Part shown: positions 10,214-24,306 of the stretch, in pieces
Position numbering within the stretch: position 1 is the stretch's first letter
Layout of the letters: each line of letters begins with the position of its first letter
DNA from: an uncultured virus (IMG/VR IMGVR_UViG_3300032321_000801)
Lineage: Duplodnaviria > Heunggongvirae > Uroviricota > Caudoviricetes
Length of the DNA: 64,000 bases
IMG/VR virus record: IMGVR_UViG_3300032321_000801
Reading direction: 5' to 3' (one strand)
Notes under the pieces: generated by a model
The model's database searches: none
What the model was told of the DNA's origin: nothing
The model's input: the letters and a program-made list of their open reading frames with translations, nothing else
Translations under genes and position numbers: made by a program

Positions 10214-10876
10214 TTAGGGCGTAATAGTAGGGACCCATACGACTTTTCCTGGTGATGGAATAGTCGTGTTAATGTTCCAGTCTCCATCGAACGCGGTGTC
10301 CTCAGGGTTGTGGAGATTAACTTCGAGTGCCTTGTACAGAGTCGATACGACTTCAGGACGGAGTTCACTTGAAACCCGAACTGTTACCGCATTAACGAAC
10401 AGACGTTTTTCCTGTTCGGTGATGTCTCGTTTCATTACGTCGAGTACATCTAATCGTCGTACTGTTCCATCTTCGATTTCTAGTACGCCGAATCTCATTG
10501 GCAACTTGTCATAAATAAGTTGCGCTATCAACATGCGGTCATGCCGAGGGTGACGTGCATAGGTAGTCACTTGGTAGTCGATGTTGACGGGAATGGGGAT
10601 GTCAGTCGCATACGTTTGAGTAGCGCTGTTGATGCCATCTGGTTGCATATAAGCAGGGGTAACAATGCCGCGCATTTCGCGGGAAGGGTCACGGTTAATG
10701 TCCACCATGTCAATGGTGACATAGGGATACCCCTGCGCTCGGATTTCCTGGTCAGGCTGACCAAACCAAACTCCAACATTACGAGGAACCTGGTCCCCCG
10801 TAGCCTTTTGGTCGTAGACAGTCATGCCTTGAATCTTCTCGCGCAAAGCCTTGTCTTCAGAAAGAAGGAAAGTCAT
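10214..10876 (-). CDS. Tail terminator / completion protein
   Basis: Immediately upstream of the sheath. 'VWFGQPDQE', 'PIPVNIDYQVTTYAR'. Confidence 0.6.
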   Translation of the reverse strand: MTFLLSEDKALREKIQGMTVYDQKATGDQVPRNVGVWFGQPDQEIRAQGYPYVTIDMVDINRDPSREMRGIVTPAYMQPDGINSATQTYATDIPIPVNIDYQVTTYARHPRHDRMLIAQLIYDKLPMRFGVLEIEDGTVRRLDVLDVMKRDITEQEKRLFVNAVTVRVSSELRPEVVSTLYKALEVNLHNPEDTAFDGDWNINTTIPSPGKVVWVPTITP

Positions 10877-11184
10877 TTGGTTCCCTCCAAGTTCTTTTTG
10901 ACCATCTTAAGCATGAACGAGCCAGCATTAGACGGACGGTTTGCATAGTTACGAATAACTGCGTTAGGTCGGCTTTCGAGATTCCCAAACTCTGAAAGAA
11001 AAACTTTCTCTGCAACAGAATTATCGATGTTTGCCTTAAACTTGTAGCCGTCATTAGTGACGGAGATGCCCATTGCTGCGTCGCTGTCCCATCCTCGGTC
11101 GACAGCATTTTTACGGAGTTCCGCCGACATAAAGGTCGCGGTCGCTCCGAGCGAGGCTTCGAGAGCCTTACGAAGTTCTTTCAT
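10873..11184 (-). CDS. Hypothetical virion morphogenesis protein
   Basis: Start at MKELRK. 'EFG...RPNAVIR' resembles neck/tail-completion proteins. Overlaps the next gene's start. Confidence 0.5.
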   Translation of the reverse strand: MKELRKALEASLGATATFMSAELRKNAVDRGWDSDAAMGISVTNDGYKFKANIDNSVAEKVFLSEFGNLESRPNAVIRNYANRPSNAGSFMLKMVKKNLEGTK

Positions 11185-11389
11185 CGCGTACACCTGTATG
11201 TGATTTGGGAGTGGAAAAAACGTTCCGAATGTAACCTGCCGCAATCTGAGCGACCATTGCTTCTTGACGGTTATTGGGTCGATACCCAACCGTCGTGGCA
11301 CCAGCGATGAACTCTTTACGTTCATCAAATCCGTAGTAGTCGTTTGGACGTTCCCACCACGGCTGCCATGTGTTTTTCGGAGCAGTCAT
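11168..11389 (-). CDS. Hypothetical protein
   Basis: Start MTAPKN, downstream of a structured leader and a late-promoter motif. Confidence 0.55.
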   Translation of the reverse strand: MTAPKNTWQPWWERPNDYYGFDERKEFIAGATTVGYRPNNRQEAMVAQIAAGYIRNVFSTPKSHTGVRDERTS

Positions 11390-11496
11390 TTCGCAAATCC
11401 CTATACAGGTACGCAGGTCCAGTCGAAACTGGGTAGGCACCGCACGGTAACCTACCTTTCTAGGATAGGTAATTTACTAGGCAATGTCTGGGTGAA

Positions 11497-12009
11497 CTAC
11501 TGCGGTAAAGATTCGGGAGAATTAAATTCTTTCACAGGAATGTAGTACCGTTTCATTGGCGAATACCACCATTCAGGTTTGGCGCAATCATTCATATATA
11601 GCCAACCAAATATACGGACTTCACGGAAAGTCGCGTCATCAACCACTTCAGTGGCGACAATGATTCCGTCTTTCTTTGTGTCGTAATCCCACATAGGAAA
11701 GTCGTCTTGAGTACGACGACACCTGACCTCAATATTGTTGCCTACATCAGGAAGGTATTTGCGCCGAGGATGTTCAGAATTAGGGTAGGTAAACCCGCCA
11801 TTCCAAGGCAGGGCGTAGAACTTAGCGACCGCCCATTCGGTTACGTTGGCTCGTATTGCATTGACAAGGTCATGTTCTAGTAGTCCGTTTTGACGACCTA
11901 TAGCGTAAGACTCTTTATCGGTACTCTCAAGTTTTGCAGTCCAACGTTCGACAGCAAGATACGCACATCGACGGACTTCGTCTTCGGTTAAAGCAACAGT
12001 AACTTCCAT
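11497..12009 (-). CDS. Hypothetical protein, possible PD-(D/E)xK fold
   Basis: 'LPDVGNNIEVR' motif. TACACT 7 nt before the ATG suggests a leaderless start. Confidence 0.5.
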   Translation of the reverse strand: MEVTVALTEDEVRRCAYLAVERWTAKLESTDKESYAIGRQNGLLEHDLVNAIRANVTEWAVAKFYALPWNGGFTYPNSEHPRRKYLPDVGNNIEVRCRRTQDDFPMWDYDTKKDGIIVATEVVDDATFREVRIFGWLYMNDCAKPEWWYSPMKRYYIPVKEFNSPESLPQ

Positions 12010-12026
12010 AACTGGAAGTGTATCAG

Positions 12027-12317
12027 TTAATTAGCCCATCCCAAGATTGGTCCGTGGTCTCCCACTAGGTCGCGTCGGTTTTGTCGTTTCTTTTCAGAAA
12101 GTCCAGGTTCGTTAATAAAGTCGTCAAAGTCTTTTTGAGTGGGAGCGGGGCGCTCCATTTCAAACAACGGCTCCTGAGTAAACGCGGGCTTAGACTCTGG
12201 TTCTTTGGCTACTTGAGCAGCGTCATCGAAGTGCTTCTTCTTACGCTTAGGAAAACTACCCGTTTCTTGATAGATGTTCCAACGGTTCCAGTAGTTCTCG
12301 CCTCTATTACGAGCCAT
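12027..12317 (-). CDS. Hypothetical protein
   Basis: ORF coupled to the upstream gene by a TAATG overlap. Confidence 0.6.
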   Translation of the reverse strand: MARNRGENYWNRWNIYQETGSFPKRKKKHFDDAAQVAKEPESKPAFTQEPLFEMERPAPTQKDFDDFINEPGLSEKKRQNRRDLVGDHGPILGWAN

Positions 12318-12526
12318 TACTTACCCGATTTGATTCGCCGCGCCAGCGCGGTGTCTTTCTTGGTGTCTTGCTTTTTGGTCATGCTCTTGTTCTTGTCCAT
12401 CTTGGCATCTTCCTTTTGGAACTTTGCCTTCTGAGCAGGAGTCATGCCCTTCATGGTCTTGGCGTCTTGTTTCTTGTCAGCAGCGGAGCCGATGTACCTC
12501 TTTGCTGGGGTTTTCTTAGCAACCAT
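12317..12526 (-). CDS. Small Lys-rich protein
   Basis: 69 aa, highly basic, TAATG coupling. Confidence 0.7.
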   Translation of the reverse strand: MVAKKTPAKRYIGSAADKKQDAKTMKGMTPAQKAKFQKEDAKMDKNKSMTKKQDTKKDTALARRIKSGK

Positions 12527-12699
12527 TACTTCTTACCTGCTTTCATTTTAGCGGCAGTAATAACGTCGCCACGAGTGATTTTCTTTTTGTCGCCATACAT
12601 GGCAGCAAGTTTGGCATCTTTTGATGCGGTCTTCTTTGGAGCGGTTTTCTTGCTACGAGCCTTACAGGCGGCACACTTGCCACATTTACACATTGCCAT
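12526..12699 (-). CDS. Small Lys-rich protein with N-terminal Cys cluster (not in ORF track)
   Basis: Manual translation: MAMCKCGKCAACKARSKKTAPKK...DKKKITRGDVITAAKMKAGKK. TAATG overlaps at both ends. Confidence 0.7.
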   Translation of the reverse strand: MAMCKCGKCAACKARSKKTAPKKTASKDAKLAAMYGDKKKITRGDVITAAKMKAGKK

Positions 12700-12869
12700 T
12701 ATTTCTTGCCTTTCTTTTTGCGGGATGCAGCCATGTTGTCAACGAGGTTAGGATACGGACGACCCGCAGCCTTTGCACGAGCCTTAGCCGCCGACTTCTG
12801 TGTCTTGGTCAATGGCTTGTCTTTTTTGGTGGGGTCCTTTGTTTTCCACACGGGGTTTCGTTCAGTCAT
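12699..12869 (-). CDS. Small Lys-rich protein (not in ORF track)
   Basis: Manual translation: MTERNPVWKTKDP...KSAAKARAKAAGRPYPNLVDNMAASRKKKGKK. Confidence 0.75.
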   Translation of the reverse strand: MTERNPVWKTKDPTKKDKPLTKTQKSAAKARAKAAGRPYPNLVDNMAASRKKKGKK

Positions 12870-13102
12870 TACTTTCTACGACCTTTCTTTCCAATTTCAG
12901 GATGTTCCTTGTGATACTTCTTTGTCGCCGCAACTCCTTGAGCCACCGTCTTAGAGCCAGCCAGTTTAGTCAAGTTCATACGTTCTTTTTTTCCTGACTT
13001 ACTGGTTTGCTCGACAATGATGTCGCCTTTTTTCCCAGCGCCACGGTCTTCTTTTTTCTGCGTAACTTTGTGAGTTAACCCACCCGCTTTAACTCTGACC
13101 AT
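12869..13102 (-). CDS. Small Lys-rich protein
   Basis: 77 aa, basic, TAATG coupling. Confidence 0.7.
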   Translation of the reverse strand: MVRVKAGGLTHKVTQKKEDRGAGKKGDIIVEQTSKSGKKERMNLTKLAGSKTVAQGVAATKKYHKEHPEIGKKGRRK

Positions 13103-13413
13103 TACTTTTTCTTTTTTGCATCGAGGCGCTTAGACATTGCGGCAGCCTTCTTTTTGGCGTCAGCCTTTGACGATGCTCCCCACGCTTGGAGCGAAAGGAG
13201 GAGTCGAGTTGGGTCACCGTTAGGCTTGTGCTCAGGACCAGGCATGTTGCCCATTCGAGCCAAAAACGATGCGCGTCGAGGATTGTCCCCAGACTTTACT
13301 GGAGCCTTAAGGTCAGAACCAGGGTGAGCCTTTTCGTAAGACTTGCGTCCCTTTTCGTTTAGTCCGCCCTTTTTGTTCTTGCCTTCTTTGCGTTGCCATG
13401 CTTCACTTGCCAT
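13102..13413 (-). CDS. DUF6321-like basic phage protein
   Basis: 'AWQRKEGKNKKGGLNEKGRKSY...NPRRASFLARM' pattern, recognised from memory. Confidence 0.7.
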   Translation of the reverse strand: MASEAWQRKEGKNKKGGLNEKGRKSYEKAHPGSDLKAPVKSGDNPRRASFLARMGNMPGPEHKPNGDPTRLLLSLQAWGASSKADAKKKAAAMSKRLDAKKKK

Positions 13414-13459
13414 TTTCTTGTTCCTTTTGTTTTCCGCAGGTGCAGTTTCCGTTACACAT
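13403..13459 (-). CDS. 18-aa Cys-containing micro-ORF
   Basis: MCNGNCTCGKQKEQENGK with SD TAAGGA. Fills the gap in the operon. Confidence 0.45.
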   Translation of the reverse strand: MCNGNCTCGKQKEQENGK

Positions 13460-13468
13460 GATTAGTCC

Positions 13469-13912
13469 TTATGGTGTTGGTGGTTTACGTGGTTTTGAGT
13501 TAGAACTTGGTTTGGCTGAGTTATCTTGCCAAATTTTTTTAACGCCCTTGATTACCGCCCTACCCGCCATACGACGAAGATTCTTTCCAACATTTGGGGT
13601 AGCCCCTGCTTCGGAAATAAACTTAACAACTCCCTGAACTGCTTTGTTATCAGGGTCGTTTGCAATTTGTTTAATAGTCGCCATTGTCTTTTGGACTTCG
13701 GTAATTTCTCCTCTAGCGGGATTCTCGCCGTACTTATTAGCAGCATGTGCACGAACTGCTTTACTAATAACTTGACGACGTGAGTTTCCTACAAGGGAAT
13801 CAGGATTGTTTGCCACATAGTTTGCAATGATTGCGGTATGACGAATGGTCTTTGCAATCTGATTAATCTTTTGGGGAAACCTGGGGGTTGGTCCCGACTC
13901 GTCTTCTGTCAT
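13469..13912 (-). CDS. Hypothetical protein
   Basis: 147 aa ORF with SD AAGGAG. Confidence 0.65.
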   Translation of the reverse strand: MTEDESGPTPRFPQKINQIAKTIRHTAIIANYVANNPDSLVGNSRRQVISKAVRAHAANKYGENPARGEITEVQKTMATIKQIANDPDNKAVQGVVKFISEAGATPNVGKNLRRMAGRAVIKGVKKIWQDNSAKPSSNSKPRKPPTP

Positions 13913-13943
13913 GAGACTCCTTAAACGTATACTTAAGTATCTC

Positions 13944-14990
13944 TTACTCAGAATAATAAATCAGGTTATTTTTTAAACGCTCATCTGTCGGAGCCAACTC
14001 GACGGCTTTTGTACCGTACTCAAGTGCAAGTTCTTTGTTTCCTAAATGGTAGGAACTAATTGCGGCAAGGTCGTAGGGGATTTCATTCCACGCAAATTCT
14101 TCGCATAAATAGTCTAGTGGCTTAGACGTAATCTTAAGTGCTTCCATTGACATCTCGTAACATCCAACCCAGTTACTTTGATTGTAAAACTCAATGGCTA
14201 AAGAAACCCACGACTCGCGCCGTGTGGGGTCCTCTAACGCCGCCCGCTGCAACCACCCCACCGCTTCTTGCGGCTCACACTTTGCAAGGTATCGGTAAGA
14301 GGCACACCGCTCTGGTTTCCAGACTGCTTTAGGCAAAGATAGGTGGCGCTTAAATTCTGCCGCCGCTTCGTCAACCTTGCCGTAATAAAACAGTTCTCGT
14401 GCGTAGTAGTAAGCGTTTCTATCGTCATAGGGGTCTTCTTTAATAGCCACTTCTAACAGCGGAAGATATTGACCACGAGACTTAGAGTTATCTGGGTAGT
14501 GATGAATTTCTAAGTCAACCCATTCTTGAACTTCGTCAAGCCTATCCGTGATGATTACTTCATGCACGGGGTGTTTCCACCGATAGCCCTTGCGGGCGTG
14601 AATCTTGTCGCCCCCGTATTCAAGACCAGGAGTTCCGTCTTCCTTCCACGACCAGGTGTACTTATAGCGGGGACGAGTTACTTTGTTTTTGTGGGCTTTG
14701 AGGAGTTTCTTCTTCCAACCAGGAAGTAAGACTTCATCCATATCCAAAGCAATGCAGTAGTCCACGTCAATAGGGAGAGCGTGTAAAGCACTGTTACGAG
14801 CATCGTCAAACCGCCAAGGAGAGACAGACACATTAATAACATTGATTCCGAGGCTTGTTGCAAGTTCAATTGTCCTATCTGTTGAGCCAGTATCGGCTAT
14901 AAGAATGTACTCGGCATCCTTGGCTGATTCGTACCACCGTTCTACAAACTGCTCCTCGTTGAGCGCGATTGTGTAGACGGCAATCTTCAT
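13944..14990 (-). CDS. Glycosyltransferase family 2 with C-terminal TPR repeats
   Basis: 'IAVYTIALNEE', 'DTGSTD', DxD motif 'LDMDE', 'WKHPVHE', followed by TPR-like helices. Confidence 0.9.
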   Translation of the reverse strand: MKIAVYTIALNEEQFVERWYESAKDAEYILIADTGSTDRTIELATSLGINVINVSVSPWRFDDARNSALHALPIDVDYCIALDMDEVLLPGWKKKLLKAHKNKVTRPRYKYTWSWKEDGTPGLEYGGDKIHARKGYRWKHPVHEVIITDRLDEVQEWVDLEIHHYPDNSKSRGQYLPLLEVAIKEDPYDDRNAYYYARELFYYGKVDEAAAEFKRHLSLPKAVWKPERCASYRYLAKCEPQEAVGWLQRAALEDPTRRESWVSLAIEFYNQSNWVGCYEMSMEALKITSKPLDYLCEEFAWNEIPYDLAAISSYHLGNKELALEYGTKAVELAPTDERLKNNLIYYSE

Positions 14991-15014
14991 GTACGTATTC
15001 TTCCCGATTTATTG

Positions 15015-15188
15015 TTAGTTGTCTGGCTGTACCAATGCTTCATTATTGATTAACACAAACTCTGTAATCTGTTGTCCACATGCTCCACATGTTACGTTGA
15101 TTGGGGTTAGTTCTTCCGACGCTACACGAGACGGCATAATGAAGTTAGGACATCCCGTTGTTCGGCATATTGCGTTAAATTCGTTCAT
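15015..15188 (-). CDS. Small Zn-ribbon-like protein, possible fibre accessory
   Basis: Manual translation: MNEFNAICRTTGCPN...VTCGACGQQIT. SD AGGAGG. Confidence 0.6.
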   Translation of the reverse strand: MNEFNAICRTTGCPNFIMPSRVASEELTPINVTCGACGQQITEFVLINNEALVQPDN

Positions 15189-15199
15189 TTATTTCCTCC

Positions 15200-16126
15200 T
15201 TACCAGTAAATAAGTACACAGCCATTGCCACCAAAACCAGAGTTGGGAGTTACGTCCGTATCTCCAGTAAATGTGTTTGCACCTCCCCCACCTCCACCAC
15301 CGCCAGAGCCTCCATTTCCACCAAAAATAACAGTTCCGTTATAGTTCGCGTCAAATGCTTCGTAAGCACTCTGTCCGTTTGCAAGTAGCCCAGCGCCACC
15401 TCCACCAGCAGCAAGGTAGTTAAAAGTGGGAGACGTTAACGGACTTCCTCCCGTATATGAGCCACTATTCCCGCCAGTACCGCCTACAACAATTGGTGGT
15501 GGTGTGAGGCGGTCAAAAGTTTGTGCTGCGCCTCCCCCTCCCCCCACTAAACCTGAACCACCATTTCCTGCAGTTGATTCGTACCCTCCACCACATGCGC
15601 CTCCGCCTCCCCCACCAGAAGTTGCTGAAGTTCCTGCAATCCCTATCGACGTTGCAATAAATCCACCAGACCCCCCTCCACTTCCCCCTACAGACGTAAA
15701 AATTTTACTTCCAGCACCACCTGCGACTTCTCCATTTGATGCGCCACCACTACCACCAAAACTTCCCCTTCCTCCGCCACCGCTACCAAGGTACCCCGCG
15801 ACGTCGCCAGCACTTCCTCCGTATGCAATGAGGGTTGAGTACCTAGATTCGGAAGCCGTTGCGCCGTTCGGAACTCCTCCAGAACCAATAACTGCCGTAT
15901 TTCTTGCGGGAACTAGCCCCCAAACAACAGCGCCACCTCCACCACCTCCGAGGGTTAGTTGACTATAGCCTCCGCCATAAGTAGTACCCCCTGCACCTCC
16001 ACCTCCAACTACAACAGCAAACACAATATCTGGCGCACCAGTCAAAGAGACGGACTGCGTCCCAGTAGCAGTAATAGTTTGGCGAAGGGACATGCCCTTG
16101 GGAACAATATGAGAAAGGTTAGGCAT
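15200..16126 (-). CDS. Glycine-rich tail fibre / receptor-binding protein
   Basis: Poly-Gly repeats ending 'GGNGCVLIYW'. Paralogous to the C-terminal part of the next gene. Confidence 0.75.
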   Translation of the reverse strand: MPNLSHIVPKGMSLRQTITATGTQSVSLTGAPDIVFAVVVGGGGAGGTTYGGGYSQLTLGGGGGGAVVWGLVPARNTAVIGSGGVPNGATASESRYSTLIAYGGSAGDVAGYLGSGGGGRGSFGGSGGASNGEVAGGAGSKIFTSVGGSGGGSGGFIATSIGIAGTSATSGGGGGGACGGGYESTAGNGGSGLVGGGGGAAQTFDRLTPPPIVVGGTGGNSGSYTGGSPLTSPTFNYLAAGGGGAGLLANGQSAYEAFDANYNGTVIFGGNGGSGGGGGGGGANTFTGDTDVTPNSGFGGNGCVLIYW

Positions 16127-16134
16127 TTACACTC

Positions 16135-17607
16135 CTACCAGTAAATCAGGACAGCACCGTTGCCGCCGTTGCCGCCCTGACCACCTGACGTAGCGCCTCC
16201 ACCGCCCCCACCACCAGCGCCACCACTACCACCAGCACGGGCGGTTGTTCCAGTACCAGAAGTGGGTGAGGTAATAGCATTTCCAAGACCGAGGTAGCCG
16301 CCTCCGCCACCTCCACCAGCCTGCTTACCAGTTGCGGATGTGGCTACTACGGATGCCCCTGCACCTCCAGAATAAACTCCAGAACCACCATTTCCAGCCT
16401 GGACTGTACCCGTTGAAGATGTTGCGTTAGTTGTAGCGGCACCCCCACCGCCCCCAACTTGTCCTGACCCACCAGCAGTAGCAGTAGCACTGCTTGCTGC
16501 CGTAGTGATTGCCGTAGCGCCACCGCCACCGCCGCCAGAGACTGCTGCTGCTGGTGTTGTTCCAGAACCACCAGCCGTTGCCGTAAAACTCGAACCACCA
16601 GCACCACCCACGGCATAGCCCAAAGTAGAACCAGCAACACCAGTTGTTGTTCCTGCGGTGGTTGTGGTTCCATTTCCACCAGTTCCCGCTCCATTTGTGG
16701 ACTGAGTTGCGGCTGCGGCTTTACCACCTGCTGTACCACCTTGAGCAAAGAGACCAGCGTAGTAAGAAGAACCACCATCGAGCGCGGCAGTGGTAGTTAG
16801 GGCACCTGTTCCACCTAGCCCGACGGTACATGTGTTTTGAGCAGGAACCCACCCACATACTACGGCTCCAGCACCTCCACCGCCACCTGTTTGATAGTTG
16901 ACGTTGTTTCCGTTACCACCACCGCCACCCGCTCCAATAACGACGGCAAAGACAAGTGCGGGGGCACCAGTTAAAGTAACAGACTGCGGTCCAGTAGCAG
17001 TAATAGTTTGTTGAAGAGTAAGGTTTCCAGCAGGACCCGTAGGTCCCGTAGGACCACCAGAAGGTCCCGTAGGACCTGTTGCTCCAGTGTTACCCTTGTC
17101 CCCAGTACGGATAAACTCTACGACAACCAATTCAGCATTAGACGGGACTGTTCCCGAAACATAGGTAACTCCGAGTCCATACCCCACACCAGCAAGAAGA
17201 CTTATGGCTGTAATGTTAAAAATAGCGTAAGTATTGTCACCATTTGTGTTGCTTTTTATGATGAGTTGACCTTTGATAGTGTTGGTAGAGTCAGCCCACG
17301 TCGAAAGGTATGTTGTTACTGTTGCTCCGTCATATGTAGTATTAGATATCTGAATAGATTCAGTTGTCGAAGCGATAGAACTAAAGAATCTAATATTCCC
17401 CGAAACGACGTCATTTTCCCACGTAGTGTCCGAGTTGAAGTAATACTTGAGTCCACCTTTGTCACCTTGAGGACCAGTAGGACCAGTAACAGTGGAATTA
17501 GCCCCCGTAGAACCCGTAGGACCAGTAGGACCAGTAGGTCCTATTGGTCCAGCAATAATGGCTTTCCATGTGCCCGAGCCTGAGTCATAGTATTTTGCTT
17601 GAGTCAT
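16135..17607 (-). CDS. Collagen-repeat plus glycine-rich tail fibre protein
   Basis: GPT triplets and a Gly-rich domain ending 'GGNGAVLIYW'. Confidence 0.75.
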   Translation of the reverse strand: MTQAKYYDSGSGTWKAIIAGPIGPTGPTGPTGSTGANSTVTGPTGPQGDKGGLKYYFNSDTTWENDVVSGNIRFFSSIASTTESIQISNTTYDGATVTTYLSTWADSTNTIKGQLIIKSNTNGDNTYAIFNITAISLLAGVGYGLGVTYVSGTVPSNAELVVVEFIRTGDKGNTGATGPTGPSGGPTGPTGPAGNLTLQQTITATGPQSVTLTGAPALVFAVVIGAGGGGGNGNNVNYQTGGGGGAGAVVCGWVPAQNTCTVGLGGTGALTTTAALDGGSSYYAGLFAQGGTAGGKAAAATQSTNGAGTGGNGTTTTAGTTTGVAGSTLGYAVGGAGGSSFTATAGGSGTTPAAAVSGGGGGGATAITTAASSATATAGGSGQVGGGGGAATTNATSSTGTVQAGNGGSGVYSGGAGASVVATSATGKQAGGGGGGGYLGLGNAITSPTSGTGTTARAGGSGGAGGGGGGGATSGGQGGNGGNGAVLIYW

Positions 17608-17617
17608 TATTTATCTC

Positions 17618-17761
17618 CTACTGAAGTTCTTTCCACGCAAGATACTCTTGGTACATTCGGTTGGATGGGTCGACTGGGATAGACCAGACCTTGCCAGAAT
17701 CGTCTGTGTGGCGGACAGTCATACCGCCAGTTTCTTCATCAAGTATTTCTTCGTACATCAT
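17618..17761 (-). CDS. Small tail-fibre assembly-like protein
   Basis: Manual translation: MMYEEIL...WSIPVDPSNRMYQEYLAWKELQ. The 'IPxDPxNxxYQEYLAW' motif is typical after fibre genes. Confidence 0.7.
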   Translation of the reverse strand: MMYEEILDEETGGMTVRHTDDSGKVWSIPVDPSNRMYQEYLAWKELQ

Positions 17762-17766
17762 TTCTC

Positions 17767-22311
<4,545 letters not shown>

Positions 22312-22313
22312 GT

Positions 22314-22922
22314 TTAATCTCCGTACTGACCAGAGGAATAAGGACCAGCGCCGTAGACGCGAAGTCGGTCGTCGGTCGTAGACGGCAGCGCGTACTGCTG
22401 GAATTGAACATCATTGACGAGTTCTTCAGGGTTAACTTGGTTGCAGTCGACCGTAAGAACAGCCCAACGCTTTCCAAAGTGACCGCGAGGCATAACAATC
22501 GTGGGGTGGAACACCTGGTTCTGGAACACAATGCGGTCTCGAATACGGTCGGACGGGTCTTTAGTTGTCATAAATCCAGGGAATCGTTCTTGCATTTCAT
22601 CCATGTTAATAACCAAACGCAGAGTGTCAGTTGTGTAGAAACCGCGAGTGTTCATAACGTTACGACCAGTGACAAACTGTGCCATAACTACGGGAACCTT
22701 GATAGACGTCTTCCAACGACGTCCTCCACCTACGGTCGTATTAGCCACATCATAAACAGGGTCGACAACGGAGGAGTAGTTATTGTCCATGTAGACTTGG
22801 TCCCACTCAAACCAATTAACCTCGATACCGACCATGTATCCAAGGTCTTCTGTAATTCCCTCGTAAATAGAAAGGGATTCGTAATCGATATCAAACCGAC
22901 CCTGAAGTCTGTGACCTCTCAT
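22314..22922 (-). CDS. Neck / head-closure protein (putative)
   Basis: Start [10 protein letters not shown]. Position within the head-tail region. Confidence 0.5.
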   Translation of the reverse strand: MRGHRLQGRFDIDYESLSIYEGITEDLGYMVGIEVNWFEWDQVYMDNNYSSVVDPVYDVANTTVGGGRRWKTSIKVPVVMAQFVTGRNVMNTRGFYTTDTLRLVINMDEMQERFPGFMTTKDPSDRIRDRIVFQNQVFHPTIVMPRGHFGKRWAVLTVDCNQVNPEELVNDVQFQQYALPSTTDDRLRVYGAGPYSSGQYGD

Positions 22923-23938
22923 TACACTCCCTTCAATGGTTGCCAACCAACGGGGCTTCCGCCGTAAACGTAGACCGCTGTACAGGGTCCCCATCCACTG
23001 CCCGATTTGTAAACATTTAGCACACTGTTAACCCACGATTCGGGGTCAGTGTTAATGCGAACAGCGGGTCCCAGAGTGTTAACTTGCGCACCAACGTCCG
23101 CACTCCATTTGCTGGTTGCATCAGTACCGCTTCCGTATAGTGCGCCAAATGGAACGCTTGCCCCATTGTATGCCGCTACTTTAAAATTGTAACTTCCAAT
23201 AAGTCCATTAAACGTATAAGAAGTAGTTGTTTTATTAGAAAGAGTTCGCGTATCAATGTAAGACCAAGTTGCAGAAGCGGCTGGCTTGTACCCGATGCTG
23301 TATCCCGTGACGTTTGAGCCGCCGTCACTTGCGGGCGCAGTCCACGTAAGAGTAGACGACGAACCCACAGTGTTAATTGCTAAGTTTGATGGAGCGGAAG
23401 GAAGGTAGTAGTAAAAAACTTTGCCTATAAGAGTTCTGTCATTATCATCAGAAAGAACGGTGTAACTCATGTTGTCACCAATTCCGATACTGGTATCTCG
23501 GTAAACGGTTCCCGCTGAGTTAACTTGTTTTTGGAAACCAATAGGACCTACGGACCAAACTCCAAATCCGTATACTTTTCCTCCCGACAAAGTTGTTGAC
23601 CCGTTTTCGATACCATTTGGATTGCAGTCGATGTTTACACGAGGAAGGTCAACCGTTGTTTGATTGTTTGGAACAGCGGCACTTTCGGTTCGAAAAACAT
23701 ACGTTCCATTATTTTCATACACAACGTACCTGATTGACGCAGTACCGTTATACCCGCCAACATCAAGCCCTATTTTTGAAACAACAATAGCGTTTACACC
23801 TAAGTCACCGCGATTATCGACAGGAACATTTGGGGTAGTAATTTTTTGCACAGCGTTTTGCCCTGGAGATTTAACCAAATTAAAACCACGCCAGTTAGTG
23901 CTTCCGCTACCAGAGTCAAGACTAAATGAATACGCCAT
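22922..23938 (-). CDS. Fibronectin type III domain virion protein
   Basis: 'PSAPSNL...LTWTAPASDGGSNVTGY...YNFKVAAYN' FN3 motif. Confidence 0.8.
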   Translation of the reverse strand: MAYSFSLDSGSGSTNWRGFNLVKSPGQNAVQKITTPNVPVDNRGDLGVNAIVVSKIGLDVGGYNGTASIRYVVYENNGTYVFRTESAAVPNNQTTVDLPRVNIDCNPNGIENGSTTLSGGKVYGFGVWSVGPIGFQKQVNSAGTVYRDTSIGIGDNMSYTVLSDDNDRTLIGKVFYYYLPSAPSNLAINTVGSSSTLTWTAPASDGGSNVTGYSIGYKPAASATWSYIDTRTLSNKTTTSYTFNGLIGSYNFKVAAYNGASVPFGALYGSGTDATSKWSADVGAQVNTLGPAVRINTDPESWVNSVLNVYKSGSGWGPCTAVYVYGGSPVGWQPLKGV

Positions 23939-24297
23939 TAGTACTTAATCCAAATATCTCCAACACTGGGTCCCGTAGGACCAGTTTCTCCAGAAAGAAG
24001 AGTGACTTTTGGGTAAGGGTTTGTAACATCTAAAGTGGTCGAGTTTGAATAGTTTCGAACGTATCCACCTTTGAGAGAAACTGTGGTCTTACCTGAGGCA
24101 TGTGTAGCAGATACGACATCGGTCGCAGAAACGTCGACCGCAACGTAATACGGAAGGTTTGCCCAGGTCTGCTGTGCCTCGTTGCCAATTTTGAATTTAC
24201 CAGTATCGGTTTCAAAACCAATTTCGCCTTTGGCAAGAACAGCGTTTGCTGTCCATTGGGAAGCAAGCCCACGCTTAATCTGAATAGTAGTAGCCAT
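23938..24297 (-). CDS. Minor structural protein with hyaluronidase/Mtd-like N-terminal domain
   Basis: 'IQIKRG...VLAKGEIGFETDTGKFKIG...WANLPY'. Confidence 0.7.
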   Translation of the reverse strand: MATTIQIKRGLASQWTANAVLAKGEIGFETDTGKFKIGNEAQQTWANLPYYVAVDVSATDVVSATHASGKTTVSLKGGYVRNYSNSTTLDVTNPYPKVTLLSGETGPTGPSVGDIWIKY

Positions 24298-24306
24298 TTA
24301 TATCTC

